Positions 51,232-63,498 of a stretch of 64,000 bases of DNA are shown here, piece by piece (the stretch's first letter is position 1; every line of letters begins with the position of its first letter). The position numbers and the translations under genes were made by a program. Source of the DNA: an uncultured Clostridia bacterium (GTDB taxonomy: Bacteria; Bacillota; Clostridia; TANB77; CAG-508); the NCBI GenBank assembly GCA_948777935.1, contig CAQDYY010000004.1, positions 21,264 through 85,263 on the forward strand, given 5' to 3'. Below the pieces are notes generated by a model. That model saw nothing but the letters and a program-made list of their open reading frames with translations, was not told the origin of the DNA and did no database searches.

Positions 51232-51978
51232 TTAATAGTTTACAATTCCTGCAAAGTCTTCTGGTTTTAAACTTGCTCCTCCAACAAGTGCTCCATCTAT
51301 ATCTGATGTGTTAAATAGTTCTTTTGCATTTGTTGGTTTTACACTTCCACCATATTGGATTATAACTCTTTCGGAAGTCATTTGTCCATATATTTTACAA
51401 ATTTCGTCACGTATTTCTTTTATACTATTATTTGCATCTTCACTTGTTGCTGTTTTTCCTGTTCCAATTGCCCAAATTGGTTCATATGCAATAATTGTAT
51501 TTTCTACTTGTTCATTTGTTAGACCTTCTAATGCAAGGCGTGTTTGTGCGGTGATTACTTCTTTTGTTTTTCCTTGTTCACGTTCTTCTAAAGTTTCTCC
51601 AACACATACTATTGGTTTTAGTTCATTTGCAAAAGCTGCTTTTATTTTTTTGTTAACTGTTTCATCTGTTTCTGCAAAATACCCCCTTCTTTCTGAATGT
51701 CCTATAATAACATATTCTACGCCAATTGATTTTAGCATAGAACCAGATATTTCTCCTGTATATGCTCCTGTTTCTTCCCAATGCATATTTTGTGCTCCAA
51801 TTTTTACATTACTTCCATTTGTATGTTTTACCATACATTTTAAGTCTAAATATGGTGCACAAAGTATTACTTCTGCACTTGTATCTTTAACAAGAGGAAT
51901 AAATTCTTCTAAATATTTTTTTGCCTCTTCTGGATTTTTGTTCATTTTCCAATTTCCTGCAATTACTTTTTTTCTCAT
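51232..51978 (-). CDS. tpiA: triose-phosphate isomerase
   Basis: 'IAGNWKMN', '[11 protein letters not shown]', 'GGASLK' TIM signatures. Confidence 0.96.
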   Translation of the reverse strand: MRKKVIAGNWKMNKNPEEAKKYLEEFIPLVKDTSAEVILCAPYLDLKCMVKHTNGSNVKIGAQNMHWEETGAYTGEISGSMLKSIGVEYVIIGHSERRGYFAETDETVNKKIKAAFANELKPIVCVGETLEEREQGKTKEVITAQTRLALEGLTNEQVENTIIAYEPIWAIGTGKTATSEDANNSIKEIRDEICKIYGQMTSERVIIQYGGSVKPTNAKELFNTSDIDGALVGGASLKPEDFAGIVNY

Positions 51979-52180
51979 AAAATCTCTCCTTTTAATTTTA
52001 GTTATACTAAATTCTTCTGTAATAGTATTAAATCCCTACGAAGAATCTCGGAGCCATAAGTGGGGACCAATAGAAACCGTCAAAATGCGCAAGCATTTTG
52101 TACAGTTCCACCCAGGAATGGCGACGGTTCGTAGGTATTTAATACTATTACCTAGAACTTATTTATACCTTATCGAAACA

Positions 52181-52232
52181 GGGCACAGTGGTGTCATGTC
52201 TTTTGGGTATTCCCACAAACGATGCCCCTACA
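52181..52232. repeat. R1 palindromic repeat unit in the pgk-tpiA spacer
   Basis: GGGCACAGTGGTGTCATGTCTTTTGGGTATTCCCACAAACGATGCCCCTACA. Confidence 0.7.
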
Positions 52233-52238
52233 CACATA

Positions 52239-53423
52239 TTATTTATTTTGTAGACATTCAATTCCTGGTAATTTTTTACCTTCCAAGAATTCTAGGCTTG
52301 CTCCTCCACCAGTAGAAATATGTGTCATTTTATCTGCTAATCCTGCTTTTTCAATAGCTGCTGCTGAATCTCCTCCTCCTATAATAGTTACTGCATCAAC
52401 TTCAGCTAGTGTTTTTGCTATTTCATTTGTACCAATTGCAAATTGATCAAATTCAAATAATCCTAGTGGTCCATTCCATACTATTGTTTTTGCATTTTTT
52501 AATTCTTCTTTATATAGTTTTATTGTTTCTTCTCCTATATCAAAGCCTTCCCATCCATCTGGAATTTCACTCGCTTTTACTGTTTTACTTTCAGTGTCTT
52601 TGTCAAATTCTTTTCCTAGTTTTGTATCTACTGGTAACATCATTTTTACACCTTTTTGTTTTGCTTTTTCCATTAACTCTAATGCTAAATCTAATTTATC
52701 TAATTCACATATAGAATTTCCTACTCCATAACCTTGTGCTTTAAAGAAAGTATATGCCATAGCTCCACCAATCATTAATGTATCTACTTTTTCAAGTAGT
52801 GCATTTATTACACCTATTTTATCTGAAACTTTCTTTCCTCCTAAGATTGCAACAAATGGTCTTGTTGGATTATCTAATGCATCTCCCATAAAATCAAGTT
52901 CCTTTTCAATTAAGAAACCAGAAACAGCTGGTAAGTAATCTGCTACTCCTGCTGTTGATGCATGTGCTCTATGTGATGTTCCAAATGCATCATTTACATA
53001 GATTTCTGCAAGTGAAGCAAGTTCACGAGCCATTTCAGGATCATTTTTTTCTTCTCTTGAATCAAAACGTACATTTTCAAGAAGCATTACTTCTCCTTCT
53101 TGTAATGAATTTGCTATAGATTTTGCACTTTCTCCTATTACATCATCTGCTAATTTAACCTCTATTCCTAATTCTTTTGATAATTCTTTTGCTACGGGTG
53201 CTAATGAAAACTCTTTTTTTACTTCTCCTTTTGGTCTACCTAAATGAGAGCAAAGAATTACTTTTGCACCATTTTCTATTAAGTATTTTATAGTTGGTAA
53301 TGATGATACAATTCTTCTTGTATCTGTAATATTTCCGTTTTCATCTTGTGGTACGTTAAAATCGCAACGAACCAATACTTTTTTTCCTTTTACATCAATG
53401 TCTTTTACTGTTTTTTTATTCAT
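52239..53423 (-). CDS. pgk: phosphoglycerate kinase
   Basis: '[12 protein letters not shown]' N-terminus; start at MNKK with GGAGG RBS. Confidence 0.96.
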   Translation of the reverse strand: MNKKTVKDIDVKGKKVLVRCDFNVPQDENGNITDTRRIVSSLPTIKYLIENGAKVILCSHLGRPKGEVKKEFSLAPVAKELSKELGIEVKLADDVIGESAKSIANSLQEGEVMLLENVRFDSREEKNDPEMARELASLAEIYVNDAFGTSHRAHASTAGVADYLPAVSGFLIEKELDFMGDALDNPTRPFVAILGGKKVSDKIGVINALLEKVDTLMIGGAMAYTFFKAQGYGVGNSICELDKLDLALELMEKAKQKGVKMMLPVDTKLGKEFDKDTESKTVKASEIPDGWEGFDIGEETIKLYKEELKNAKTIVWNGPLGLFEFDQFAIGTNEIAKTLAEVDAVTIIGGGDSAAAIEKAGLADKMTHISTGGGASLEFLEGKKLPGIECLQNK

Positions 53424-53563
53424 GTTACAAACCTCCATCTAGAGTAATTTCTTACTCTAATAATATTTTTATCCATAATGCATTATATCCTATTTTGTTT
53501 TGTGCGATACCATTGTATACTAAAAAAGAATACTTTTCAAGTATTCTTTTCTAGTTTATTAAA

Positions 53564-54580
53564 TTATCCTAATTCTGCAAAGTATTTTATTGTTCTTACC
53601 ATTTGGCTTGTATATGAATTTTCATTATCATACCAAGAAACTACTTGAACTTGATATAATCCTTCATCTATTTTTGTTACCATTGTTTGAGTTGCATCAA
53701 ATAATGAACCATATTCCATTCCTATAACATCTGAAGATACTAAGTATTCTTCTGTGTATCCGTAAGAAGCACTTGATACAGATTTCATTTTTTGGTTAAT
53801 GCCTTCTTCTGTAATATCGTTTCCTTTTACTACAGCTACAAGTATTGTTGTTGAACCTGTTGCAACTGGTACTCTTTGTGCAGATCCTATTAATTTTCCA
53901 TTTAATTCTGGAATAACAAGTCCTATAGCTTTTGCAGCTCCTGTTGTATTTGGAACAATATTTACTGCTGCAGCTCTTGCTCTTCTTAAATCGCCTTTTC
54001 TATGTGGTCCATCTAATACCATTTGATCTCCTGTATAAGCATGAACTGTTGTCATTATTCCTGATTGGATTGGTGCAAAATCATTTAATGCTTTTGCCAT
54101 TGGTGCTAAGCAGTTTGTTGTACAAGATGCTGCTGAAATTATTTTATCTTCTTTTGTTAAAATATTTTCATTTACACCAAATACTACTGTTGGTAAGTCT
54201 TTTCCAGCTGGTGCTGAAATAACTACTTTTTTAGCTCCTGCATCAATGTGTGCCTGTGCTTTTTCTTTAGATGTATAGAAACCTGTACATTCTAGTACAA
54301 CATCTACTCCTATTTCTCCCCATGGTAAATCTTTTGCATCTTTTTCAGAATATATTTTAATTGTTTTTCCTTCTACTGTAATTGAATCTTCTCCTGCAAC
54401 TACACTATCTGCTTTTTCATATTTTCTTTGTGCTGAATCATATTTTAATAGATGTGCAAGCATATCTGGGCTTGTTAAGTCGTTTATTGCAACTATTTCA
54501 TACCCTTCTGCTCCAAACATTTGTCTAAATGCTAGACGTCCTATACGTCCAAAACCATTAATGGCTACTCTAACTGACAT
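53564..54580 (-). CDS. gap: type I glyceraldehyde-3-phosphate dehydrogenase
   Basis: '[11 protein letters not shown]' and '[10 protein letters not shown]' signatures. Confidence 0.96.
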   Translation of the reverse strand: MSVRVAINGFGRIGRLAFRQMFGAEGYEIVAINDLTSPDMLAHLLKYDSAQRKYEKADSVVAGEDSITVEGKTIKIYSEKDAKDLPWGEIGVDVVLECTGFYTSKEKAQAHIDAGAKKVVISAPAGKDLPTVVFGVNENILTKEDKIISAASCTTNCLAPMAKALNDFAPIQSGIMTTVHAYTGDQMVLDGPHRKGDLRRARAAAVNIVPNTTGAAKAIGLVIPELNGKLIGSAQRVPVATGSTTILVAVVKGNDITEEGINQKMKSVSSASYGYTEEYLVSSDVIGMEYGSLFDATQTMVTKIDEGLYQVQVVSWYDNENSYTSQMVRTIKYFAELG

Positions 54581-54644
54581 TTTAATTCCTCCAATTCTGA
54601 TACTTATAATGTATCTTTTAAATTTATTCTTTCCAGAACATTAA

Positions 54645-54687
54645 CATTTTATACCAAAACAGAACACTTTGCAAGTGTTCTGTTTAA
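54645..54687. repeat. 43-bp direct repeat (copy 1) flanking the HEPN/MNT cassette; contains terminator-like palindrome
   Basis: CATTTTATACCAAAACAGAACACTTTGCAAGTGTTCTGTTTAA identical at 55536-55578. Confidence 0.85.
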
Positions 54688-54693
54688 CTTTTT

Positions 54694-55107
54694 TTATCTT
54701 TCTAAATTCAATATTTGTTTTGCAAAATCTGTTATGTCTTTTAAATGATTTTCTATGACATCTGCAAGTATTTCTTCATCAATTTGTTTATAATCATGAA
54801 TTGCAATATTTCTAAACCCTACCATTTTTTGCATATTTGTACTTATATTTTTTGAAATAAGATTACTTTCTTCTAATTTTATAAATGCTTCTTTTTTGGT
54901 TTGTGGCACTCCCAATTTTCGGTTACTAATAATATACATAGCAATATCTATTGATATTTCACATGCTCTTTGAAGGTTTAATACAATTGGATCTAATCTT
55001 CTATAATCATATAGATTTTCTATATTTCCCTCATATTCTTCCTCTATTCTCTTAATGCATTTTTGTATACTTTCGTATTTGTTAATAATAACTGCCTCAT
55101 TTTCCAT
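54694..55107 (-). CDS. hepT: HEPN-domain toxin (HepT/DUF86-like)
   Basis: 'FRNIAIHDY' R-x4-H HEPN motif. Confidence 0.8.
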   Translation of the reverse strand: MENEAVIINKYESIQKCIKRIEEEYEGNIENLYDYRRLDPIVLNLQRACEISIDIAMYIISNRKLGVPQTKKEAFIKLEESNLISKNISTNMQKMVGFRNIAIHDYKQIDEEILADVIENHLKDITDFAKQILNLER

Positions 55108-55121
55108 TTTTCATCATTCCT

Positions 55122-55505
55122 CTACTTTTTCATTTCATTAATAATAGCTTTTCTAGATTCATTTAAATCTAAATATTCTCTATATGCATCTAATTTATAT
55201 AAATCAAATTTATAACTATCTTTACAATAAATTACTTCTCCATTAATTAATATTTCATATTTAAACCCATCATTTTCTATTGTATCAAGATTTATTAAAT
55301 CAATATCTCTTTCTAATTCATCAGCTAATTTGCCACTAATCGCATATAACTCTTTTTTAGTTATTTCTTTATTTGCTTTAACTGCAATATCTATATCACT
55401 TTCTTCGTTTTGCGTTCCCCTTGCAAAACTACCAAAAATAACAATTGCTTCACACTCTAAAGCATTATTTAATAATTCTATAACTTTATCTTTTATCTCT
55501 TCCAT
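55122..55505 (-). CDS. mntA: minimal nucleotidyltransferase (MntA-like antitoxin)
   Basis: 'IVIFGSFARGTQNEESDIDIAV' GS…DxD NTase motif; 14-nt gap to HEPN gene. Confidence 0.8.
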   Translation of the reverse strand: MEEIKDKVIELLNNALECEAIVIFGSFARGTQNEESDIDIAVKANKEITKKELYAISGKLADELERDIDLINLDTIENDGFKYEILINGEVIYCKDSYKFDLYKLDAYREYLDLNESRKAIINEMKK

Positions 55506-55535
55506 ATAATAATTTCCTTACTCCTAAACTAATTT

Positions 55536-55578
55536 CATTTTATACCAAAACAGAACACTTTGCAAGTGTTCTGTTTAA
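55536..55578. repeat. 43-bp direct repeat (copy 2) flanking the HEPN/MNT cassette
   Basis: identical to 54645-54687. Confidence 0.85.
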
Positions 55579-55662
55579 AATTAAAATTTTACTACATATT
55601 GTTGACATTTTTTAGAAAACATGGTAACCTAATAGAAATATCGAAGATGGAAGGAATATATA

Positions 55663-55788
55663 ATGAAAATTAAAAACAATAATTATGTAAAATTTAATTT
55701 CTTTTTTAGCTTTAGCTTCTTTTTTAGCTACGGCTTATTTGCATATGTATTGTTTTTAATGAGTAAAAATATTATATCTATATTATAG
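55663..55788 (+). CDS. 41-aa Phe-rich hydrophobic small ORF (leader peptide or small membrane toxin-like peptide)
   Basis: GGAAGGA RBS; MKIKNNNYVKFNFFFSFSFFFSYGLFAYVLFLMSKNIISIL; TTGACA -35-like box upstream; terminator 40 nt downstream. Confidence 0.4.
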   Translation: MKIKNNNYVKFNFFFSFSFFFSYGLFAYVLFLMSKNIISIL

Positions 55789-55826
55789 TATTATTTATAG
55801 GTATTGAATAAGATTTTTAATTATCG

Positions 55827-55860
55827 AAAGGAACTCATTAAAAAATGAGTTCCTTTTTTG
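55827..55860 (+). terminator. rho-independent terminator (AAAGGAACTCATT-aaaaa-ATGAGTTCCTTT + TTTTG)
   Basis: perfect 11-bp stem and T-run, between the small ORF and the 345-aa gene. Confidence 0.65.
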
Positions 55861-55951
55861 TTTACTATAAGCTATCACTTAAATAAGTAATTAAATTGCA
55901 CATCTGAGATATAAAATATATGGCAAATTTATTGTCAGAAAGGAGTTAAGT

Positions 55952-56989
55952 ATGAAAAAGACAGAAGAGATATCACAAATGAAAAATTTGATAAGCACAT
56001 GTTTATCAAACAATTTAAATAATGAAAAAGCAGGAGACAAATCAGTCTTTTTTGGAACAGGCTTAGCATCATCACAAGCGCCAAGTTTAGGATTTGGTAT
56101 AGACATTCTAGGTACAATCTTAACGTCATTAAAAGTAAAAAGAATATTAGGTGCAAAGGAAGTATTACATCTAATATCTACAACAGGCTATAATATCAGC
56201 GAAGATACAAAAGAAAATATTGTAAAAAAACAAGAAGAGATAATACAAAAAATAGTATTAAATCTAGGAATACAAAATGAATATAGACTCATATGTTCAA
56301 GCAATTTTATAGAAACACCTAGATTCTTAGAAATAAAAAGTGAAATAGAACATACATTATCTAAGTTTAATGATGCTATTAATTTTGATCAATATGGTAG
56401 TTATACAATCTTACAAACCTCAATATGTAAGTACTTATATGAAAAAGAAAAAGTAATTTTAAAAACAGGTTGGTGTGTTAGAGACACATCAAGACCTTTA
56501 GTAGTATCAAAAGATTATATAAGAGAACTTATAGAGTGTGGACATTTAAATGAATTATATTTTGATGAAATATATAGATATGTTTATCCAGAAGATGAGT
56601 ATTCTTTTATCTATACACCACCAGCAATTGGATTAGATGGTAGATGTTCTCCTCCATATACTGTAACAGAAAATGATAATAGACCTTTAATAGACGAAAA
56701 TATAGATTTGTATGTAAATACATATATAGGTAATATGCAAGAAACAAGAGATTCAAGGAAAAAATTCAAAAAATCGATTGAAAACTGGAGAAAAACAATT
56801 ATTGAACCATATGAAGATTTATTTGGGAAAATAATTGTTTCAGAAGATATTTCTAATCCCCAATTTGAAATTTTAAAAAAACTATCAGCTATTCAAAAAG
56901 AAATTTTGCAAGATATAGATATTGAGCAAAATATAAAAATTAAGAATATTACACGTAATACATCAAATTTTGAAATAGGAGGAATTTAA
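55952..56989 (+). CDS. hypothetical enzyme-like protein (345 aa), translationally coupled to an aminotransferase
   Basis: AAAGGAG RBS; no family recognised; stop 1 nt before the next ATG. Confidence 0.6.
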   Translation: MKKTEEISQMKNLISTCLSNNLNNEKAGDKSVFFGTGLASSQAPSLGFGIDILGTILTSLKVKRILGAKEVLHLISTTGYNISEDTKENIVKKQEEIIQKIVLNLGIQNEYRLICSSNFIETPRFLEIKSEIEHTLSKFNDAINFDQYGSYTILQTSICKYLYEKEKVILKTGWCVRDTSRPLVVSKDYIRELIECGHLNELYFDEIYRYVYPEDEYSFIYTPPAIGLDGRCSPPYTVTENDNRPLIDENIDLYVNTYIGNMQETRDSRKKFKKSIENWRKTIIEPYEDLFGKIIVSEDISNPQFEILKKLSAIQKEILQDIDIEQNIKIKNITRNTSNFEIGGI

Positions 56990-56990
56990 A

Positions 56991-58073
56991 ATGAATTTAA
57001 AAATTTCAGAATATATAGAAAATACAAGCACTAAATATTATGCAGATGCTAAAAAATTAAAGTACGATATAAAAATCGATTGTTCTGATGGAGAAAACCC
57101 ATATGGATGTTCAAAAAAAGTAATGCAATCATTAGCTGAAATTAAAGAAAGTGATATTACAAATTATTCATATGACAATAGTTTAAAACAAGAAATAGCA
57201 AAATATTGGAATATACAAGATAGTAATATTGTGTTATGTTCAGGTTCAGTAGAAGGGTTATATTATATTAATCAATTATTTAAAATACCAAATGCTACAT
57301 TACTTACATTCGCACCACATTTTCCTAATTTCAGCAATCATGCTAAAATGATTGGATATAAATATAAAGAAGTTTTGCTTGATAAAAAAAATAATTATAA
57401 ATATGATATTAATAAATTAATAAAAAGTATAAATAGCTCTGTAAACTTAATTTATATAGACACACCTAATAACCCTACTGGTCAAGTATTAGAAAAATCT
57501 TATGCAATTAAATTAATCGAATATGCTCAGCAACTAGGAATTGGAATTATAATTGATGAAGCATATGGAGATTATTTATCAAAAAACGAATCATGTATAG
57601 ATTTAGTTAATAGCTACACTAATTTAATGGTTATTAGAACTTTTTCAAAAGGATTTGGGTTAGCTGGAATACGTGCAGGATATATAATATCAAATGAAAA
57701 AATATGTAATTATATTGAAAAAATGTTACATCCATATAATATCTCACAATTATCAAGAAAGATGGCTATAAAGGCATTAAAAGATACAAAATTTCTTAAT
57801 GATTGTATAAATAAAACAAAAAGAAATAAAAAGAAATTGCTGGAATCTTTGCCAATTGGATTACAAATGGCGTTTACACACGAAAGTACATCAATTTGTA
57901 TGTTATATTGCGATAAAGATATAGATTTGTGTAAAAAGTTCGCTCAAAAAGGAGTAAAAGTTTATTCGGGTACATGTTTTGATGGAATTGATAAAAATTG
58001 CATTAGATTAAATTTGCCAACAGATAAACAGATGGATTCATTAATAAGTATAATTAGAACAATAAAAATATAA
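56991..58073 (+). CDS. class I/II PLP-dependent aminotransferase (HisC/aromatic-aminotransferase-like)
   Basis: PLP-lysine motif 'TFSKGFGLAGIRAGY'; 'DTPNNPTG' aspartate/aminotransferase motif. Confidence 0.8.
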   Translation: MNLKISEYIENTSTKYYADAKKLKYDIKIDCSDGENPYGCSKKVMQSLAEIKESDITNYSYDNSLKQEIAKYWNIQDSNIVLCSGSVEGLYYINQLFKIPNATLLTFAPHFPNFSNHAKMIGYKYKEVLLDKKNNYKYDINKLIKSINSSVNLIYIDTPNNPTGQVLEKSYAIKLIEYAQQLGIGIIIDEAYGDYLSKNESCIDLVNSYTNLMVIRTFSKGFGLAGIRAGYIISNEKICNYIEKMLHPYNISQLSRKMAIKALKDTKFLNDCINKTKRNKKKLLESLPIGLQMAFTHESTSICMLYCDKDIDLCKKFAQKGVKVYSGTCFDGIDKNCIRLNLPTDKQMDSLISIIRTIKI

Positions 58074-58218
58074 TTCCGGTAGTTTCTTAAAAATATAAAA
58101 ACACCTCTTAAGTAGATTTTGGTTATTTACCTAGTCTACTTAAGAGGTATTATATCAAAGTCTCACCTTTAACTTCTTTATTTTATTATATCAATTCTTA
58201 ATGTGTTTTACATAAATT

Positions 58219-59370
58219 CTATCCAAATATTCCTCTTTTCTTTACAGGTGGTTGTTCATTCATTGTTTTTGCAAGTTCTACTAATAAATCTCTTTGCTCT
58301 TTTGATAAACGCTTTGGTGTTTGTACTTCTACTGTAAATATTAAATCACCTTCATAATTTCTATTTACTGCTTTAAATCCTTTTCCTTTTACTCTAAACC
58401 TTGTTCCAGTTTGTGTTCCTTCTGGTATTTTAAACTTTTCTTTTGAACCATCTACTAATGGAATTTCAAGTTCTGCTCCTAATGTTGCTTGTGTAAATGT
58501 TATTGGAACTGTGCAAAGTACGTTATAGTCTTGACGTGTATATATATTGTGACGTTTAATATGTACTGTTATGTATAAATCTCCTTTTGGTCCACCTTTT
58601 ACACCTGGTGCTCCTTCTCCTCTTAATACAACAGTTTGATTTTCGTCTATTCCTGCTGGAATTTTTACTTTTATTCGTGCTTGTTTCCTAATTGTTCCTT
58701 TTCCACGACAAGCTTCACATGGTTCATGTACTACTTTTCCTTCTCCATGACAAGTTGGACATGTTCTTGTAGTTTGCATTTGTCCTAATATAGTTGTTTG
58801 AACTTGTTTAATTTGCCCTGTTCCATGACACATTGTACATGTATCTACTTTGCTTCCCGGTTTCGCACCACTTCCATTACATATATCACATGTATCATCA
58901 CGACTTATGCTAATTTCTTTTTCTACACCTAAGAAAGACTCTTCAAATGTAATTTCCATATTGTATCGTAAATCTGCACCTTTTTGTGGACCACTCGTTG
59001 TTCTACTAGAACCTCTTCCTCCAAAGCCTCCTCCAAAGAAAGATGAAAAGATATCACCTAAATCTCCCATATCAAAGCCATCAAAACCAGAAGTAGAGTA
59101 TGAATAATATCCTCCACCTGGTCCTCCTCCACCAAATCCCTGTGGTCCATCTGGTCCAAATTGGTCATACATTTTTCTTTTTTGAGAATCTGATAAAGTT
59201 TCATATGCTTCATTTACTTCTTTAAATTTTGCTTCTGCTTCTTTTTTGTTATCTGGGTTAGCATCTGGGTGATATTTTTTTGCAAGTTTACGATATGCTC
59301 TTTTTAATTCATCATCACTTGCATTTTTATCTACACCTAATACCTCATAATAATCTCTTTTTGTAGCCAT
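58219..59370 (-). CDS. dnaJ: molecular chaperone DnaJ
   Basis: J-domain 'YHPD', G/F-rich region, four CxxCxGxG zinc-finger repeats. Confidence 0.96.
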   Translation of the reverse strand: MATKRDYYEVLGVDKNASDDELKRAYRKLAKKYHPDANPDNKKEAEAKFKEVNEAYETLSDSQKRKMYDQFGPDGPQGFGGGGPGGGYYSYSTSGFDGFDMGDLGDIFSSFFGGGFGGRGSSRTTSGPQKGADLRYNMEITFEESFLGVEKEISISRDDTCDICNGSGAKPGSKVDTCTMCHGTGQIKQVQTTILGQMQTTRTCPTCHGEGKVVHEPCEACRGKGTIRKQARIKVKIPAGIDENQTVVLRGEGAPGVKGGPKGDLYITVHIKRHNIYTRQDYNVLCTVPITFTQATLGAELEIPLVDGSKEKFKIPEGTQTGTRFRVKGKGFKAVNRNYEGDLIFTVEVQTPKRLSKEQRDLLVELAKTMNEQPPVKKRGIFG

Positions 59371-59458
59371 TCTAGCCTCCGTTCGAAGTTTAGAAACTAG
59401 AATTTAGAAGTTAGAATATTGCCTCTAACTTCTAATTCCTAATTATCTAACTCACTAA

Positions 59459-61342
<1,884 letters not shown>

Positions 61343-61380
61343 TTATTTTTCTTGGGTTTCTTTTGTATTTTATATGTAAC

Positions 61381-61590
61381 GATTCATAATGAATAAATTT
61401 CCTAAAAACCTCCAGTCAGCTTCGCTGACAGCCCCCTTAAGTAAAGGGGCCTTTACTCTACCGTTTTAGACTAGCACAGTAATTATGAAGTATAGAGAAA
61501 AGCCTCCTTTATTTAAGGGAGGTGTCTCGCGTTAGCGAGACGGTGGGTTCTTACTGCATTTATTTATATAGAGATGTTATTTTACCTCTG
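61381..61590 (-). repeat. R2 family structured repeat, copy 3 (shorter variant) in grpE-dnaK spacer
   Basis: reverse complement aligns with copies 1/2; first variable hairpin replaced by GTCTCGCTAACGCGAGAC; 3' hairpin GTCAGCGAAGCTGAC. Confidence 0.65.
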
Positions 61591-61650
61591 AACTGTTACA
61601 TTTATATAATTTAAAATTAAAAACTTTATTATTTAAAACATTTTTCATAA

Positions 61651-61701
61651 GGGCACAGTGGTGATAATCTCACGGGTATTCCCACAAACGGTGCCCCTAC
61701 A
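61651..61701. repeat. R1 palindromic repeat unit in grpE-dnaK spacer
   Basis: GGGCACAGTGGTGATAATCTCACGGGTATTCCCACAAACGGTGCCCCTACA. Confidence 0.7.
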
Positions 61702-61709
61702 TCATTTGT

Positions 61710-62192
61710 TTAATTTGCTACTACTACCATAGAATGACGTATTACCTTGTTTCCTATTTTGTAGCCCTTTCTAAATTCTTCTTTTATTTCTTTTTCACCT
61801 AGTGTGTCATCTTCTACACTGCTTACTGCTTCATGGTATTCTGGGTTAAATGTTTCTCCTACTGTTGGTATTTGTTCTACTCCTAAGTTCGATAATGTAT
61901 CTATAAGTTGTTTGTATACCATTTCTACACCTTGTTTATAGCTTTCATCCTCTGTTTTTGTAGATACTGCTTTTTCTAAGTTATCTACTACTGGCAATAT
62001 AGATGTAATTATATCTGATATTAACGAATTATATAGTGTTTCTCTTTCTTTTGAACTCCTTTTTTTGAAGTTATCAAATTCTGCCATAAGACGTTTATAT
62101 CTATCTGTCATTTCTTCTAATTCTTGTTTTGTAGAATCTTGCTCAGTCTCAATGTTTTCTTTTTTTTCTACTACTTCTTCATTTTCTTCCAT
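61710..62192 (-). CDS. grpE: nucleotide exchange factor GrpE
   Basis: acidic N-terminus, 'RYKRLMAEFDNFKKR' coiled coil, C-terminal beta domain. Confidence 0.9.
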   Translation of the reverse strand: MEENEEVVEKKENIETEQDSTKQELEEMTDRYKRLMAEFDNFKKRSSKERETLYNSLISDIITSILPVVDNLEKAVSTKTEDESYKQGVEMVYKQLIDTLSNLGVEQIPTVGETFNPEYHEAVSSVEDDTLGEKEIKEEFRKGYKIGNKVIRHSMVVVAN

Positions 62193-62201
62193 TTTGTCCT
62201 C

Positions 62202-63222
62202 CTATAAATCTTTTTCTTTCATTTTTTTACTAATATATTTCATAACAGAAATTACTTTTGAATAGTCCATTCTTTTTGGTCCAATAATGCCTATTGTTCC
62301 TAAGTCTTTATCTCCAACTGAATGTTTAAATGTAACAATACTAAAATCTTTTAGTTGTTCATTATCATTTTCGTCTCCAATGTATACATTTATATCTTTT
62401 GCAATTCCTGAATTTAACATATCTAACACTAATTCTTTTTCATCTAAAAGGTTTACAAAGTTTTTTGCAATTTCCAAACTTTTAAATTCTGGTAAATCGA
62501 ATGCTTTATTTGTTCCTTCTAAATATATCTTGTTTTCTTCTTCAATTACTTTATTTATTTGCTCAATAATTGGTTTTATTACTTCTACACTGTAATTAAT
62601 TTCAGAAAAGATGTATTCTTCCATTGGTTTATCTATTTTACTAAGTGGTTTTCCTTTTAACTTACTATTAAATAGATTATTTAGTGTTTCTACTTGGCTT
62701 ATACTTATATCTTCATCATATTTAATAATAGTTTCCTTTACTAATCCACTATCTGTTACAATTACAACCATTAGCATTCTAGAGCCTAATAGAACAAATT
62801 TAATTTCTTCTATTATTTGCATATCATTTTTTGGCCCGTATAGCAACTGTTGTATAATGTGTAATTTCAGATAAGGTTGTTGTTGCAATTTTAGTTAAAT
62901 CTTCAATTTCATTCACTTTTGTAGATAATTTGTTTTGGATGTATTTTATTTCTTCTAATGAAATATCTTCATCATTTATTAGTTCATCTACATAGAACCT
63001 ATATCCTTTTTCTGATGGTACACGACCTGATGATGTATGAGGCTTATCTAGATACCCATTATCTTCTAACTCTGCTAATTCGTTTCGTACTGTTGCACTA
63101 CTATAATCTAGACCATATTTGTTTACAAGAGTTGCTGAACTTACAGGTTCTGCTGTATTAATATACTCATCTATAACAGCTTGTAAAATTTCTTTTTTAC
63201 GTTTATCTAGCACATTCATCAC
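62202..63222 (-). pseudogene. hrcA: heat-inducible transcription repressor HrcA, split into two overlapping ORFs by a frameshift (~62830-62890)
   Basis: N-terminal winged helix 'ILQAVIDEYINTAEPVSSATL…SSGRVPSEKGYRFYVD' (62824-63222) and C-terminal domain (62202-62888) in different frames. Confidence 0.85.
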
Positions 63223-63224
63223 CT

Positions 63225-63392
63225 CCGTTTTTTTATACTGTAGGAATTTTCACCCAGTTGGTGAAAAGCTCCTTACAGTATAATTATGCGGATTTATAGA
63301 ATTACTAACGTATAACTTATCCGTACGCATTAAAAATGCTACGGTTAAGAAATCTTTGCGGTTACCACCGCTTAGAAATTCTTAAATCCGTT
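63225..63392 (-). other. R3-family leader element within the hrcA operon 5' UTR (between CIRCE and hrcA start)
   Basis: GGATTTAAGAATTTCTAAGCGGTGGTAACCGC… and CTGTAAGGAGCTTTTCACCAACTGGGTGAAAATTCCTACAG. Confidence 0.6.
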
Positions 63393-63418
63393 TAGCACTT
63401 GAAAGTTTCGATTGCTAA
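63392..63418. promoter_or_regulatory. CIRCE operator (HrcA binding site)
   Basis: TTAGCACTT-GAAAGTTTC-GATTGCTAA versus consensus TTAGCACTC-N9-GAGTGCTAA. Confidence 0.75.
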
Positions 63419-63429
63419 TTACTTTTCTT

Positions 63430-63458
63430 ATATTATAACCAAAATTAGCAATTGTCAA
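63430..63458 (-). promoter_or_regulatory. sigma-A-type promoter of the hrcA-grpE-dnaK-dnaJ operon
   Basis: minus strand TTGACA-17nt-TAATAT immediately upstream of CIRCE. Confidence 0.6.
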
Positions 63459-63498
63459 CCCCAATTGCTAATTTTTTTGTGAATTTTTTGTGAAATGA

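Noticed and set aside
55891-56156. Two short minus-strand ORFs (71 and 73 aa) overlapping the start of the 345-aa gene
   Set aside because: They overlap a plus-strand gene with a good RBS and have no RBS of their own. Spurious.
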